From assembly GCA_045598925.1 (NCBI GenBank), contig JAZRVC010000001.1, forward strand, positions 1 through 58,808: a stretch of DNA of 58,808 nt. Direction: 5' to 3'. Of this stretch, positions 37,462-47,442 are shown piece after piece; the stretch's first letter is position 1, and each line of letters starts with the position of its first letter. The position numbers and the translations under genes were made by a program. The DNA comes from Alphaproteobacteria bacterium (lineage in GTDB: Bacteria; Pseudomonadota; Alphaproteobacteria; CAAHEQ01; UBA3637). The notes beneath the pieces were generated by a model that saw nothing but the letters and a program-made list of their open reading frames with translations, searched no databases and was not told where the DNA came from.

Positions 37462-38238
37462 ATGGGGATTGACCCAATGACATTTATTGCCCAAATCATC
37501 AATCTGTTTGTTTTGGTTTGGATATTAAAACGTTTTTTATATCGTCCTGTTTTACAGGTCATTGAAAAACGGCAATCTGAAATCAATCAAGAAAATCAAT
37601 CTATTTTCCAAAAAAGTAAGGAAATAGACAAAATGCACCTTGATTTACAAAAAGAAAAAGCAAAATATGAGGCTTTTGAAGAACAACAGAGAGTGGCGTT
37701 GGAAAAAGAAATACAAAAGGTCAGGACAAAAGAACTGAATCAGTTAAAAGAACAAATCAGTGTTTCTAGAGAAAAGTCCCTGAAAGCCCTTCAAGAAGAA
37801 GAAAATCAACTGAAAGCCGAAACATTACATTTGATTTGCCAAGATTTTGTGAAAGTTTCAGAAAAAATTCTGGCAAAATTGACAGAAAATACCCCGATGG
37901 ATCGTATTTTAGACCTTTTTCTTGAAAAATGTGCAACTCTTTCAAAAAAATACAAAGATAAGATAAATAATGTTTTGAAAAATCAAAAGGTTATTTTTGT
38001 TAGTTCATCCAAGAATTTAACAAATAATCAGCAAAAGAAAATATCTGTTTTTTTGAAAAAAGAGTTCCGTATTCCCCAAAAATGTCAAATTAAATACCAA
38101 ACAAAAGAAAATTTGATTTTTGGGATAGAATTACGCATTGATTCTGTGATCATAGATTGGACAATTCAAAATTATTTTGATGAATTGGAAGAAAATTTGA
38201 ATATATCCCTTCTTCAAAATGAAACTGTTAAGGAGTAA
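37462..38238 (+). CDS. atpF: ATPase Fo b subunit, long form (258 aa)
   Basis: N-terminal TM helix (IAQIINLFVLVWILKRFLY), a long charged coiled-coil region and an additional C-terminal region of about 100 aa. No separate delta gene is present in the operon. Confidence 0.7.
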   Translation: MGIDPMTFIAQIINLFVLVWILKRFLYRPVLQVIEKRQSEINQENQSIFQKSKEIDKMHLDLQKEKAKYEAFEEQQRVALEKEIQKVRTKELNQLKEQISVSREKSLKALQEEENQLKAETLHLICQDFVKVSEKILAKLTENTPMDRILDLFLEKCATLSKKYKDKINNVLKNQKVIFVSSSKNLTNNQQKKISVFLKKEFRIPQKCQIKYQTKENLIFGIELRIDSVIIDWTIQNYFDELEENLNISLLQNETVKE

Positions 38239-38240
38239 GT

Positions 38241-39764
38241 ATGGTTAGAAACGTTTCCAAAAATGCCAAAAAGATAACTCAATCCGCCCTAAAAAAGACC
38301 TCTTTTTCTTTACAGGTCAAAGAAGCCAATGAAATTCTGTCTATGTCAGCAGGAACAGCCCTTATCTCGGGCTTAAGCGAAGTCAAACTAAATGAACTCC
38401 TGCACTTTAAAAATGAGGCTATCGGTATGGTGCACACTTTAAATGAAGACAGTGTCGGGGTGGTCTTTTTGAAAAATTCCGAAGGCTTAAAAGCGGGGGA
38501 CAAAGCCATACGCACCCACCAAATTTTAAGTATTCCTGTGGGTTCGGCCCTGCTGGGACGTGTTCTGAATCCGTTGGGTGATCCTTTGGATAATAAGGGT
38601 AAGATTTTGGTAAAAGAATCCAGTCCTATTGAACACCCTGCCCCTGAAATTATGATGCGGGCACCTGTGGATGCTCCTTTACAAACGGGCATCAAAGCCA
38701 TTGACTGTTTCACCCCTATCGGTCGGGGACAGCGTGAACTGATTTTAGGGGATCGTCAAACCGGCAAAACCGCCATTGCCGTAGATACCATTTTAAATCA
38801 AAAAGGAAATGATGTTATTTGTATTTATTGTGCCATTGGTCAAAGACAAAGTGATACGGCCCGCGTCATCCATACTTTAGAAGAACACGATATGCTTTCC
38901 CAATCGATTGTTGTGATTGCCGCGGGTGATGATGAAGCGGGTATGCAATATATTGCGCCTTATTCCGCCACAACTATTGGTGAATATTTTATGAATCAAG
39001 GCAAAGATGTGTTGGTTGTGTATGACGATTTAACGGCCCATGCGCAAGCCTACCGTCAAATGTCGTTGTTATTGAGAACACCCCCAGGACGTGAAGCCTA
39101 CCCCGGCGATATTTTCTATTTACATTCCAGATTGTTGGAACGGGCCACGCATTTACGTCCCAAGTTCGGTGGCGGGTCTTTAACCGCTCTGCCTATCGTT
39201 TTGACAGAAGCAGGAAATATTTCGGCCTATATTCCCACCAACGTGATTTCAATCACAGACGGGCAAATTTACCTGTCTAACGACCTTTATCAAAAAGGGA
39301 TTATGCCTGCCATTGATACAGGGCGTTCTGTTTCCCGTGTCGGTGGGGAAGCCCAACTGCCTGCTTATCGGTCTTTAGTGGGGCCTTTAAAACTCTTTTA
39401 CGCCCAATTTGAAGAATTGGAATCCTTTTCCAAATTCGGTATGCAGATGGATAATGATACTTTAATGAAGTTAAAGAGAGGTCAAGCGATTCGTTCAGCC
39501 CTGACACAAAGACAATATGAACCCATTCCCGTTGTGGATCAAATCGGATTGTTTATCGCCCTAAATGAAGGATTATTAGACTATATGGACGATAAAGAAA
39601 TTGTCAAAGCCCAAACACTGATCCATCAAGTGATGCAGACCAGATTTGCGGATGTCGTCAAACGGATTTTAAAACGTGAAAAAGTATCAGATGAACATAA
39701 ACGTCAGATGATTACCCTTTTTCAAAAAGAATTTATTAAAAAAGGACTTCCTTTGGAAAAATGA
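38241..39764 (+). CDS. atpA: ATPase F1 alpha subunit
   Basis: GDRQTGKTAIAVDTI Walker A, VVYDDLTAHAQAYRQMSLLLRTPPGREAYPGDIFYLHSRLLERA and ITDGQIYL. Confidence 0.95.
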   Translation: MVRNVSKNAKKITQSALKKTSFSLQVKEANEILSMSAGTALISGLSEVKLNELLHFKNEAIGMVHTLNEDSVGVVFLKNSEGLKAGDKAIRTHQILSIPVGSALLGRVLNPLGDPLDNKGKILVKESSPIEHPAPEIMMRAPVDAPLQTGIKAIDCFTPIGRGQRELILGDRQTGKTAIAVDTILNQKGNDVICIYCAIGQRQSDTARVIHTLEEHDMLSQSIVVIAAGDDEAGMQYIAPYSATTIGEYFMNQGKDVLVVYDDLTAHAQAYRQMSLLLRTPPGREAYPGDIFYLHSRLLERATHLRPKFGGGSLTALPIVLTEAGNISAYIPTNVISITDGQIYLSNDLYQKGIMPAIDTGRSVSRVGGEAQLPAYRSLVGPLKLFYAQFEELESFSKFGMQMDNDTLMKLKRGQAIRSALTQRQYEPIPVVDQIGLFIALNEGLLDYMDDKEIVKAQTLIHQVMQTRFADVVKRILKREKVSDEHKRQMITLFQKEFIKKGLPLEK

Positions 39765-40651
39765 CCCAAGAAGCGCTGAAAAAAAGAATTAAAACAACAA
39801 ATGATTTATATGGTATTGTGACCACTATGAAGTTGTTGTCTTCGGTCAGTGTAGGACAATATGAAAAAGCCTTGCTTTCTTTAAATCAATATACACACAC
39901 AATCAAGTTGGCTTTTCATGGTCTGTTTCAACAAGAATTTTTCTCGCTCAACGACAGAATCAATGGACAAAAATCAGGTAAGACATTGGTCGTGGCGATT
40001 GGGTCGGATAATGGATTAGTGGGACGTTTTAATCGGGATTTAATGCAAACGATTCAACAGGAATATGCAAAATCTTCCATCAAATTGATTACGGTTGGCA
40101 AACGTATGACCACCACCTTTTTGGGTAAAAACATCAAGCCTGAATTTTCTTATTCCAATTCTAATACCTTAAATGAAATATCCTCATTAGCAGATACTCT
40201 TTTAACCAAAATCAACCAACTGATTTCTGCTGATAACTTTGAAAAAGTGGTCTTATTTTATAACCAAAAAGAAAACAATTCTTTTAAGACAGAAAAATTA
40301 CAATTGCTTCCTTTTTCTACGGATGTGTTGGAAAAATTTAAAAAAACACCTTGGTCGGGACGTATGATTCCTTTGATTTCTCCCGAAAATGAAAATTTGT
40401 TTTCGGAATTATCCCAAGAATATCTGATTGTGTTTTTGATTCGTGCTTTAACTTCCAGTCTTGCGTGCGAACATTATATTCGTATGTTGCATATGCAACA
40501 GGCCGAAAAGAATATAGAAAAGAAACTGGCTCAATTAGACCTGATTTATCAACAAGAACGTCAAAATCAAATTACCAATGAACTGATTGACATTGTGTCA
40601 GGGGCTCAAGCCATGAATTCATCACTTGACAAAACTGTAAAAAAACAATAA
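39761..40651 (+). CDS. atpG: ATPase F1 gamma subunit
   Basis: 296 aa. N-terminal LKKRIKTTNDLYGIVTTMKLLS and C-terminal ITNELIDIVSGAQA are typical gamma helices. It is the last gene of the operon. Confidence 0.85.
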   Translation: MTQEALKKRIKTTNDLYGIVTTMKLLSSVSVGQYEKALLSLNQYTHTIKLAFHGLFQQEFFSLNDRINGQKSGKTLVVAIGSDNGLVGRFNRDLMQTIQQEYAKSSIKLITVGKRMTTTFLGKNIKPEFSYSNSNTLNEISSLADTLLTKINQLISADNFEKVVLFYNQKENNSFKTEKLQLLPFSTDVLEKFKKTPWSGRMIPLISPENENLFSELSQEYLIVFLIRALTSSLACEHYIRMLHMQQAEKNIEKKLAQLDLIYQQERQNQITNELIDIVSGAQAMNSSLDKTVKKQ

Positions 40652-40675
40652 AATAACGAAAAAAAGGAGAAAAAC

Positions 40676-40954
40676 ATGATTAAATCTGAACTCGTTCATA
40701 AACTTGCCGATAAGACAGACCTCAGCCAAAGAGATGCCAAAATGGTTGTGGAAATTATCTTTGAGGAGATTAAAAATACTTTAATCAACGGGGGCCGTGT
40801 AGAGCTCAGAAATTTCGGCATTTTCTATCCCCGTGCCCGAAAAGCCAGAATGGGCAGAAATCCCAAAACAGGCGCACAAGTGCTGGTGAAAGAAAAAAAT
40901 GTTCCTTTGTTTAAAGCCGGTAAATCTGTTTTAAACGCCCTCAATAAAAAATAA
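40676..40954 (+). CDS. HU/IHF-family DNA-binding protein (IHF-beta-like)
   Basis: MIKSELVHKLA... RVELRNFGIFYPRARKARMGRNPKTGAQV ... FKAGK matches the IHF beta pattern (RGFGSF...RTGRNPKTG). Confidence 0.8.
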   Translation: MIKSELVHKLADKTDLSQRDAKMVVEIIFEEIKNTLINGGRVELRNFGIFYPRARKARMGRNPKTGAQVLVKEKNVPLFKAGKSVLNALNKK

Positions 40955-40955
40955 C

Positions 40956-41801
40956 ATGAACTGGATTAAAAATTTAAAGCGTCCTACGGTTAAAAAAGTC
41001 GGAATCAGCAAAGATATTCCCGATAATTTTTGGGATAGATGTCCCAAATGTTCCAATATGTTGTTTCACGCCGAAATCACACAAAGCCACTATGTGTGTC
41101 CCCATTGCGGTTATCACTTCACCCTGCCCGTTTTGGAACGTTTAAACCTGATTTTTGATGCAGGAAAATACACCCTGATTCAACTGCCCAAAACAGCCGA
41201 TGACCCTTTAAATTTTCGTGATATTAAAAAATATATAGACCGTTTAAAAGAATCCAGAAAAAAAACAGGGCAAAAGGATGCTGTTCAGGTTGCCTATGGA
41301 AAAATCGACGGGCATCGGGCGGTCGTAGTTATCTTTAATTTTGCTTTTATGGGGGGATCTATGGGAACAGCCGTTGGCGAAGCCTTGATTGTTGCCTCAG
41401 AACTGGCTAAAATTCAACAGGCTGGACTGATTGTGTTTCCCGCCTCAGGTGGCGCCCGAATGCAAGAAGGAATTTTGTCCTTAATGCAAATGACCCGCAC
41501 CATTTTAGCAGTCAAAGAATTAGCCAACAAAAAATTACCCTATATTGTCGTTCTGACGAATCCGACCACAGGCGGTGTGACGGCTTCTTTTGCAATGCAG
41601 GCCGATATTACTTTAGCCGAACCGGATGCTATTATCGGGTTTGCCGGGGCCCGTGTGATAGAACAAACAATTCATGAAGTTCTGCCCCCGAACTTTCAAA
41701 AATCGGAATACCTGTTTGACCACGGAATGATTGATCAAGTAGTGGAAAGAAAAGACCTGAAAACAAAAATTTCCGAAATTTTAACGCTGTTTGGTCTTTA
41801 A
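40956..41801 (+). CDS. accD: Acetyl-CoA carboxylase carboxyltransferase beta subunit
   Basis: CPKCSNMLFH...YVCPHCGYH zinc ribbon and the carboxyltransferase core (FMGGSMGTAVGE, SGGARMQEG). Confidence 0.9.
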   Translation: MNWIKNLKRPTVKKVGISKDIPDNFWDRCPKCSNMLFHAEITQSHYVCPHCGYHFTLPVLERLNLIFDAGKYTLIQLPKTADDPLNFRDIKKYIDRLKESRKKTGQKDAVQVAYGKIDGHRAVVVIFNFAFMGGSMGTAVGEALIVASELAKIQQAGLIVFPASGGARMQEGILSLMQMTRTILAVKELANKKLPYIVVLTNPTTGGVTASFAMQADITLAEPDAIIGFAGARVIEQTIHEVLPPNFQKSEYLFDHGMIDQVVERKDLKTKISEILTLFGL

Positions 41802-41841
41802 TTTTATTGAACCCCTCCTTATTTAAAAAACAGGAGGAACA

Positions 41842-42858
41842 ATGGAAAATATCTTATTTTTTGATGCGGACAAAGAAATTCGCAAGTTTGCCGTCAGTTG
41901 TCCTTGTCAAAATTGTAAGTATCTTTTTTTTACGGAACCTTTTTCAGATATTTCTTTAAAAAAGATAGAACCCTATTTAGACACACGAATTATCAGCGTT
42001 TTTACCCATTCCAGCCTATTGGATAACAAAAGATTAGCGTTATTTAAAAATCTGAAACTGATTGCCACACGCAGTACAGGTTTTAATCATATTGATTTAA
42101 ATTATTGTCAAGAAAATGGGATTTTGGTTTCCAATGTCCCCCAATACGGGGCCTGTACAGTGGCCGAATTTTCCTTTGGACTGATTTTAAATTTACAGCG
42201 CAAAATCATCCAAGCCAACCAAGATATGCGTTCTAATATCGTTCAAATGCCCGATTACACAGGCTTTGATTTATCGGGTAAAACAATCGGCATTATCGGT
42301 ACAGGGTCTATCGGACAACAGATGATTAACATTGCCCAAGGCTTTCACATGAATATCGTGGCATACGACCTTTATCATCAAAAAAATTTAGAAAAATTTT
42401 ATGTATCTGATTTAAATGAGTTATATCAGCAAAGTGATATTATTTCCCTGCATATTCCTTCCACCAAAGAAAACTATCACCTATTGGATAAAAAGGCCTT
42501 TCACAAGATGAAAACAGGTGTGTTGATTATCAACACAGCCCGCGGGGATTTAATTGATTCTATGGCCCTTTATAAAGCGATTTTAAAAGAAAAAGTCGCG
42601 GGTGCGGGTTTAGATGTCGTGGAAAATGAAGATTTTTTATTAAGGGATGAAGCCGAAACCTCCCCGAATTTAAGTAATCAAAACTTTCTTTTGACTTCAA
42701 CAATCAATTTAAAACTAATGCAATTAAAAAATGTCATTATGACGCCCCATATCGCCTTTAATTCTTTTGATGCGATACGGCGAATCAATGCCCAAACCTG
42801 TCAAAACATACAAAGTTTTTTAAAAGGAAATCCCATCAATCTTCAATCGGCTCATTAG
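41842..42858 (+). CDS. D-isomer-specific 2-hydroxyacid dehydrogenase family protein
   Basis: GIIGTGSIGQ NAD-binding fingerprint, INTARGDLID and MTPHIAFNS (catalytic His region). Confidence 0.8.
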   Translation: MENILFFDADKEIRKFAVSCPCQNCKYLFFTEPFSDISLKKIEPYLDTRIISVFTHSSLLDNKRLALFKNLKLIATRSTGFNHIDLNYCQENGILVSNVPQYGACTVAEFSFGLILNLQRKIIQANQDMRSNIVQMPDYTGFDLSGKTIGIIGTGSIGQQMINIAQGFHMNIVAYDLYHQKNLEKFYVSDLNELYQQSDIISLHIPSTKENYHLLDKKAFHKMKTGVLIINTARGDLIDSMALYKAILKEKVAGAGLDVVENEDFLLRDEAETSPNLSNQNFLLTSTINLKLMQLKNVIMTPHIAFNSFDAIRRINAQTCQNIQSFLKGNPINLQSAH

Positions 42859-43282
42859 GGTCTTCTGCGATTTCCGTTTGTTCTTCTGATTCTTGAATTA
42901 CCTCAGGAAGTTGGACCACTTCAGGTTGATTTTCTTTACACGAATCCACCCAGATATCATAGACGGGATCTTCCATGGCGGACAAAGCCGGATTAGAAGA
43001 GAACATCCATCCTTTAAAGACCTCTTTTTCTGGTGTGGCCGCATAATAAATTTTCAAAAAAGCCGCATTTTCGGGCATCTCTTCTGGGGGCTTTTTTAAA
43101 CACTTTTCCAAATGGATATCAATTTCGCCGAAATGGATTGTTTGACCAACGGCAATTTCTATTTTTTGCACACGTCCTGTCACTTTATCCATCGCCTGTA
43201 AAACAGCCTTTGGCGTGGAAATATCGGCAGACATCACCGACATTGAAAAAAGCAAAGAAATTAAAAATACAATGTTCTTCAT
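42836..43282 (-). CDS. Secreted DUF2155-like protein
   Basis: Signal peptide. LQAMDKVTGRVQKIEIAVGQTIHFGEIDIHLEKCLKKPPEEMPENAAFLKI resembles the DUF2155 pattern found next to mlaD in alphaproteobacteria. Confidence 0.55.
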   Translation of the reverse strand: MKNIVFLISLLFSMSVMSADISTPKAVLQAMDKVTGRVQKIEIAVGQTIHFGEIDIHLEKCLKKPPEEMPENAAFLKIYYAATPEKEVFKGWMFSSNPALSAMEDPVYDIWVDSCKENQPEVVQLPEVIQESEEQTEIAEDPNEPIED

Positions 43283-43288
43283 AGCACC

Positions 43289-43732
43289 CTACTTTGTTGA
43301 AAGGAAGATAAATTCAGAAATATTATCTTCTAATGATTTATAATTTTGTGTTTGTGTCAATTGTCCGTTCGGTTGGATAAATTGAGAACTTTTCCCAGGC
43401 AGCAAGCGCACATATTTCCCCCCCATCAAGCCCACATCCGCGATAGTGGCTTGGGTATCAATCGGTAATTGAACCGAAGAATCAATCGTTAAAAGAATAT
43501 CCGCTGTGTAATCTTCTTGATTTAAAGAGGTTTTCAATACCGAACCGACTTTAATTCCCGAAATGCGCACATCCGAACCAACCTCTAATCCCCCTATTTT
43601 GGAAAAATTAGCTTTGACCGTATAGCCATCTACTTTTTTGGTATCCACGCGTGAGGAAGCGTATCCCAAAAAGACCACAGCAAACGCCAAGACCAAAACA
43701 CCCAAAATCGTTTCAATCGGATTTTTCTTCAT
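43289..43732 (-). CDS. mlaD: MlaD/MCE-domain protein
   Basis: N-terminal TM helix followed by an MCE domain (VKANFSKIGGLEVGSDVRISGIKVGSV ... ATIADVGLMGGKYVRLLPG). Confidence 0.75.
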   Translation of the reverse strand: MKKNPIETILGVLVLAFAVVFLGYASSRVDTKKVDGYTVKANFSKIGGLEVGSDVRISGIKVGSVLKTSLNQEDYTADILLTIDSSVQLPIDTQATIADVGLMGGKYVRLLPGKSSQFIQPNGQLTQTQNYKSLEDNISEFIFLSTK

Positions 43733-44195
43733 CCTGAACCTCCTTTGATTTCTTTTCTTGCATATATGAATTTACTTTTGTTAAAAGTTCATCCAGTAAA
43801 ATTGTATCTTGGGTATATCCCAACACATCCCCGGATTGCAACATTTCTTCATCAGCCCCGGGCATCAATTCAATGTGTTTTGTTCCCAAAAATCCATCTG
43901 TTTCAATCGCCACAGAAGTATCCACGGGTAAGTCCAACTTTTTATCAAAAGACAGCGTCATTTTAACCTGATAGTTATCCGATAATTCTTGGCTGAACAC
44001 GTGTCCCACCGCAACCCCCGACAGACGCACCGAAGCCCCCACATCTAACCCGTCTGTTTTTGTAAAAAGCGCATATAAAATATAATCATCTTTTTTTTGG
44101 TCTTTTAAGGAAGTATGATGCAACCATCCCAATAAAAAAATGAGTATAAAGAACAATACCGCCCCTAATATCATTTTTTGTGTTTTTTCTGTCAT
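43713..44195 (-). CDS. Second MlaD/MCE-domain paralog
   Basis: TM helix followed by an MCE domain (LYALFTKTDGLDVGASVRLSGVAVGHV ... VAIETDGFLGTKHIELMPG). It overlaps the downstream mlaD by 20 nt. Confidence 0.7.
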   Translation of the reverse strand: MTEKTQKMILGAVLFFILIFLLGWLHHTSLKDQKKDDYILYALFTKTDGLDVGASVRLSGVAVGHVFSQELSDNYQVKMTLSFDKKLDLPVDTSVAIETDGFLGTKHIELMPGADEEMLQSGDVLGYTQDTILLDELLTKVNSYMQEKKSKEVQDEEKSD

Positions 44196-44470
44196 ACCTC
44201 TTCTCCAAACTTTTGATTCACCAAATTTTCCAAAGCCGTCAAAGCGGTTTCAGCATCTTCCCCTTCGGCTTCTATCAACAAACTGGTGCCCATAGGGGCG
44301 CCCAACATCAACAACCCCATAATAGATTTTCCCGAGACCTTTAAATTGTCCGAATTAGAAACAAAAATTTCACAAGAAAAAGTATCGGCCAGTTTTACAA
44401 ATTCGGCCGTAGCACGGGCGTGCAAGCCCCTGACATTATTGATTTTAACTGTTTTTTTCGCTTTTGTCAT
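44192..44470 (-). CDS. HPr-family phosphocarrier protein (NPr-like)
   Basis: VKINNVRGLHARATAEFV contains the active-site His. The GKSIMGLLMLGA region is present. 92 aa. Confidence 0.85.
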   Translation of the reverse strand: MTKAKKTVKINNVRGLHARATAEFVKLADTFSCEIFVSNSDNLKVSGKSIMGLLMLGAPMGTSLLIEAEGEDAETALTALENLVNQKFGEEV

Positions 44471-44867
44471 TCTTCTTCTCCAAAAACTTGGATGCTATCA
44501 TCATATAATGTTTTCCAGATTCAGTGGCTGTTTGCACCGCTTCGGATAAGGTCTTTTTTCTTTGACGAACCAATTTTACCAACAAAGGCACGTTCATCCC
44601 TGAAATGACCTCAACTTTTCCTTCTTTCATCAAAGAAATCGCCAGATTAGAAGGCGTTCCACCGAACATATCCGTTAAAAGAACAACCCCTTTGCCACGA
44701 TCTGCTTGTTTAATTTTTTTATCTATTTCGGCGCGTTTTAATTCAATATCATCTTCCGGCATCACATTGACACACAAAACCTCAGGTAAAGGGCCCGCCA
44801 CGTGTTCTACCACACTTTTGATGGCTTCGGCTAAAAAATTATGTGCAACAATAACAATTCCCAGCAT
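44445..44867 (-). CDS. PTS EIIA component, mannose family
   Basis: MLGIVIVAHNFLAEA (active-site His) and LLTDMFGGTPSN. The start was moved to 44867, which lies 1 nt after the hprK stop. Confidence 0.8.
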   Translation of the reverse strand: MLGIVIVAHNFLAEAIKSVVEHVAGPLPEVLCVNVMPEDDIELKRAEIDKKIKQADRGKGVVLLTDMFGGTPSNLAISLMKEGKVEVISGMNVPLLVKLVRQRKKTLSEAVQTATESGKHYMMIASKFLEKKNDKSEKNS

Positions 44868-44868
44868 T

Positions 44869-45312
44869 TTAAGACTCCTGTAATAAAGCGAGTTCCCCTT
44901 GTACAACTTTCAAGGCATATATTACCCAAAGATCAGTTGTTTCGCAAGAAAAAAAATCAAACACAGGTACTTTTTGTCCCAAAATTTCCATTTTCTGATG
45001 GGCTTTAGGCATCCTGTCCACCGGTTGAGGATGTAAGCGAATCACACACGCCAAAGGCGCCCCACGACACACGGGCATTTTTTGAAGAATCCCCAAACCT
45101 CTTAATTCAATTTTACCATAAAGTTTTTCTTGAACTTCACAAAATAACCGATTGTTTTTTAAAGTAATATTTGTTATATCATCAGAAATAAGATGATTGC
45201 CTTTTTCAATCAGTTTCAAGGCCAAAGTTGTCTTACCGACACCGGGCTCACCAAGAATCAGAACGGCCTGCCCTTTGATTTCAACACTTGTGCCTTGAAC
45301 CAATTTTTCCAT
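44869..45312 (-). CDS. hprK: Truncated HPr kinase/phosphorylase (C-terminal catalytic domain only)
   Basis: GQAVLILGEPGVGKTTLALKLIEKGNHLISDD Walker A region and IELRGLGI. The start was moved to the ATG at 45312, because the tracked N-terminal extension runs into tRNA-Arg. Confidence 0.8.
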   Translation of the reverse strand: MEKLVQGTSVEIKGQAVLILGEPGVGKTTLALKLIEKGNHLISDDITNITLKNNRLFCEVQEKLYGKIELRGLGILQKMPVCRGAPLACVIRLHPQPVDRMPKAHQKMEILGQKVPVFDFFSCETTDLWVIYALKVVQGELALLQES

Positions 45313-45320
45313 AATAATTT

Positions 45321-45397
<77 letters not shown>

Positions 45398-45407
45398 ACG
45401 AATCCCC

Positions 45408-45665
45408 TTATTTATTATTGGATGATGTCAAGTATTCGCAGAACATACGGACAATAGCAAATTCGGCACAAATGCCCAGTATCGCCAAAATAAAGGAAGA
45501 CAAATACATTTCTAATAATAATCTCAAAGCCCCTAAGGTCGCTACCGCCAAAATAATCAGAGCAATGATATAGATAATTCGGGCAAAAGGAGCCAACTTC
45601 GGTGCTAAATCCTTTGTCAAAATAGGTTTATCCAAGTTCATTAAATTTTTCAATAACTCTTTCAT
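45408..45665 (-). CDS. Small membrane protein, function unknown
   Basis: 85 aa with two hydrophobic helices and an AGGAGG-like Shine-Dalgarno sequence upstream (AAAGGAGGAAGAA). Confidence 0.45.
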   Translation of the reverse strand: MKELLKNLMNLDKPILTKDLAPKLAPFARIIYIIALIILAVATLGALRLLLEMYLSSFILAILGICAEFAIVRMFCEYLTSSNNK

Positions 45666-45683
45666 TTCTTCCTCCTTTTAAAG

Positions 45684-47162
45684 TTATTTATTTAATTTAC
45701 GCATGGTCGGGAAAGCCAACACATCACGAATAGATGTATTACCTGTCAAGAACATAATCAAGCGGTCCATCCCAATCCCCATACCTCCGGTGGGGGGAAG
45801 TCCGTGTTCCAAAGCCTCAACAAAATCTTCATCCATCATATCGGCCTCTTCATCACCGGCTTCACGGGCTTTTACCTGACCCTCAAAGCGTTCCCGTTGG
45901 TCTAATGGGTTGGTCAATTCCGTATAAGCATTGCCCATTTCTTTTCCGTTGATATAGGGTTCAAATTGTTCCACCAAACGATCATTGGTGCGGTGGGTCT
46001 TACACAAAGGATTCATAGATTTCGGATGATCCATCACAATGGTCGGTTGAATGAGATGTTCTTCACACTTATCTTCAAAGACAGCCGCCATACAGTGTCC
46101 CCAATCATCTGTTTCTTCCACATGAACACCTAATTTTTCGGCCGTCGCACGGGCTGCTTCATCCGATTCAATGGATAAGAAATCCACACCCGCATACTTT
46201 TTAATCATATCGTTCATTGTAACACGGGCAAAAGGCTTACTTAAATCAAACTTTTTGCCATCATATTCAATTTGAAGCGTCCCGTTGACATCTTGGCAAG
46301 CCTTACGGACGATTTCTTCAAATAAATCCGCCATGTCATTATAGTCTGTATAGGGTAAATACATTTCCAAACCTGTAAATTCAGGGTTGTGCGTTGTATC
46401 CATACCTTCGTTTCTAAAATTGCGGGCAAATTCAAAGACCCCGGGCATTCCGCCAACAATTAAACGCTTTAAGAAAAGTTCGGGTGCCACACGCAAGAAT
46501 AAATCCATATCCAAAGAGTTATGATGTGTAATAAAGGGTTTCGCTGTTGCCCCACCCTTAATAGATTGCAAAACGGGTGTATCCACTTCAAACAGACCTT
46601 TAGAGCGCAACAATTGCCGGATAGATTCCACAATCTGACTGCGTTTAATAAGGGTTTGAATTGTTTCGGGATTCATAATCATATCTAACTCACGATGACG
46701 ATACTTGATATCTGTATCAGTCAAGCCATGGAATTTTTCAGGAAGTGGCAACAAAGCCTTTGACAGCATTGTAATTTTTTGGGTATTGATAGACAATTCC
46801 CCGCGCTTTGTGCGGCGCACGGTCCCTTCAATCCCAATAATATCCCCAATATCCACCATATCCAACATTTCCAAAATTTCGGCAGGTGAATTTTCTTTGG
46901 ATGTATAAATTTGGACTTTTCCTGTGGTATCATAAATATCCATAAACATCCCTGAATTACGGATAGCACGCACGCGCCCCGCCACCACGGCGATATCTTC
47001 CGTTTGGGTATCTGGGGCCAAGTCAGCATACTTTTCCGACAGAGTTTTAGAGGTCGCTGTCGGCTTAAAACTATGCGGATAAGCATTGATGCCTTTTGCC
47101 TCCATTTTCTTTAATTTTTCCAAACGAATTTGACGTTGTTCGTGACCTAAATTTTCATCCAT
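45684..47162 (-). CDS. lysS: Lysine--tRNA ligase, class II
   Basis: N-terminal OB-fold anticodon-binding domain and class II motifs (FRNEGMDTTHNPEFT, GGMGIGMDRLIMFL). Confidence 0.95.
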   Translation of the reverse strand: MDENLGHEQRQIRLEKLKKMEAKGINAYPHSFKPTATSKTLSEKYADLAPDTQTEDIAVVAGRVRAIRNSGMFMDIYDTTGKVQIYTSKENSPAEILEMLDMVDIGDIIGIEGTVRRTKRGELSINTQKITMLSKALLPLPEKFHGLTDTDIKYRHRELDMIMNPETIQTLIKRSQIVESIRQLLRSKGLFEVDTPVLQSIKGGATAKPFITHHNSLDMDLFLRVAPELFLKRLIVGGMPGVFEFARNFRNEGMDTTHNPEFTGLEMYLPYTDYNDMADLFEEIVRKACQDVNGTLQIEYDGKKFDLSKPFARVTMNDMIKKYAGVDFLSIESDEAARATAEKLGVHVEETDDWGHCMAAVFEDKCEEHLIQPTIVMDHPKSMNPLCKTHRTNDRLVEQFEPYINGKEMGNAYTELTNPLDQRERFEGQVKAREAGDEEADMMDEDFVEALEHGLPPTGGMGIGMDRLIMFLTGNTSIRDVLAFPTMRKLNK

Positions 47163-47232
47163 TTTAATTTCCTTTCGTTTTGTTTGTTTTTAGAATACTT
47201 ACTTTTAAATTAAAAGTCAATGTTTATTTCCT

Positions 47233-47442
47233 TTACGGAACGGGATCATAGCCCCCTTTAGCCCAAGGATGACACCTTAAAAGTCGCCTGAAACTCAAGT
47301 AGGTCCCCTTTATCAATCCATATTTTTGAAAAGACTGACGCGCGTATTCGGAACATGTCGGTTGAAAACGGCAACAGTTTCCGACCAACGCCGAAAAAGT
47401 CAATTGATAAATTCTTATAAAAAAATCAACTATTTGCTTCAT
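47233..47442 (-). CDS. yidD: Membrane protein insertion efficiency factor YidD
   Basis: CRFQPTCSEYARQSF...KGTYLSFRRLLRCHPW is the YidD signature. Confidence 0.85.
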   Translation of the reverse strand: MKQIVDFFIRIYQLTFSALVGNCCRFQPTCSEYARQSFQKYGLIKGTYLSFRRLLRCHPWAKGGYDPVP

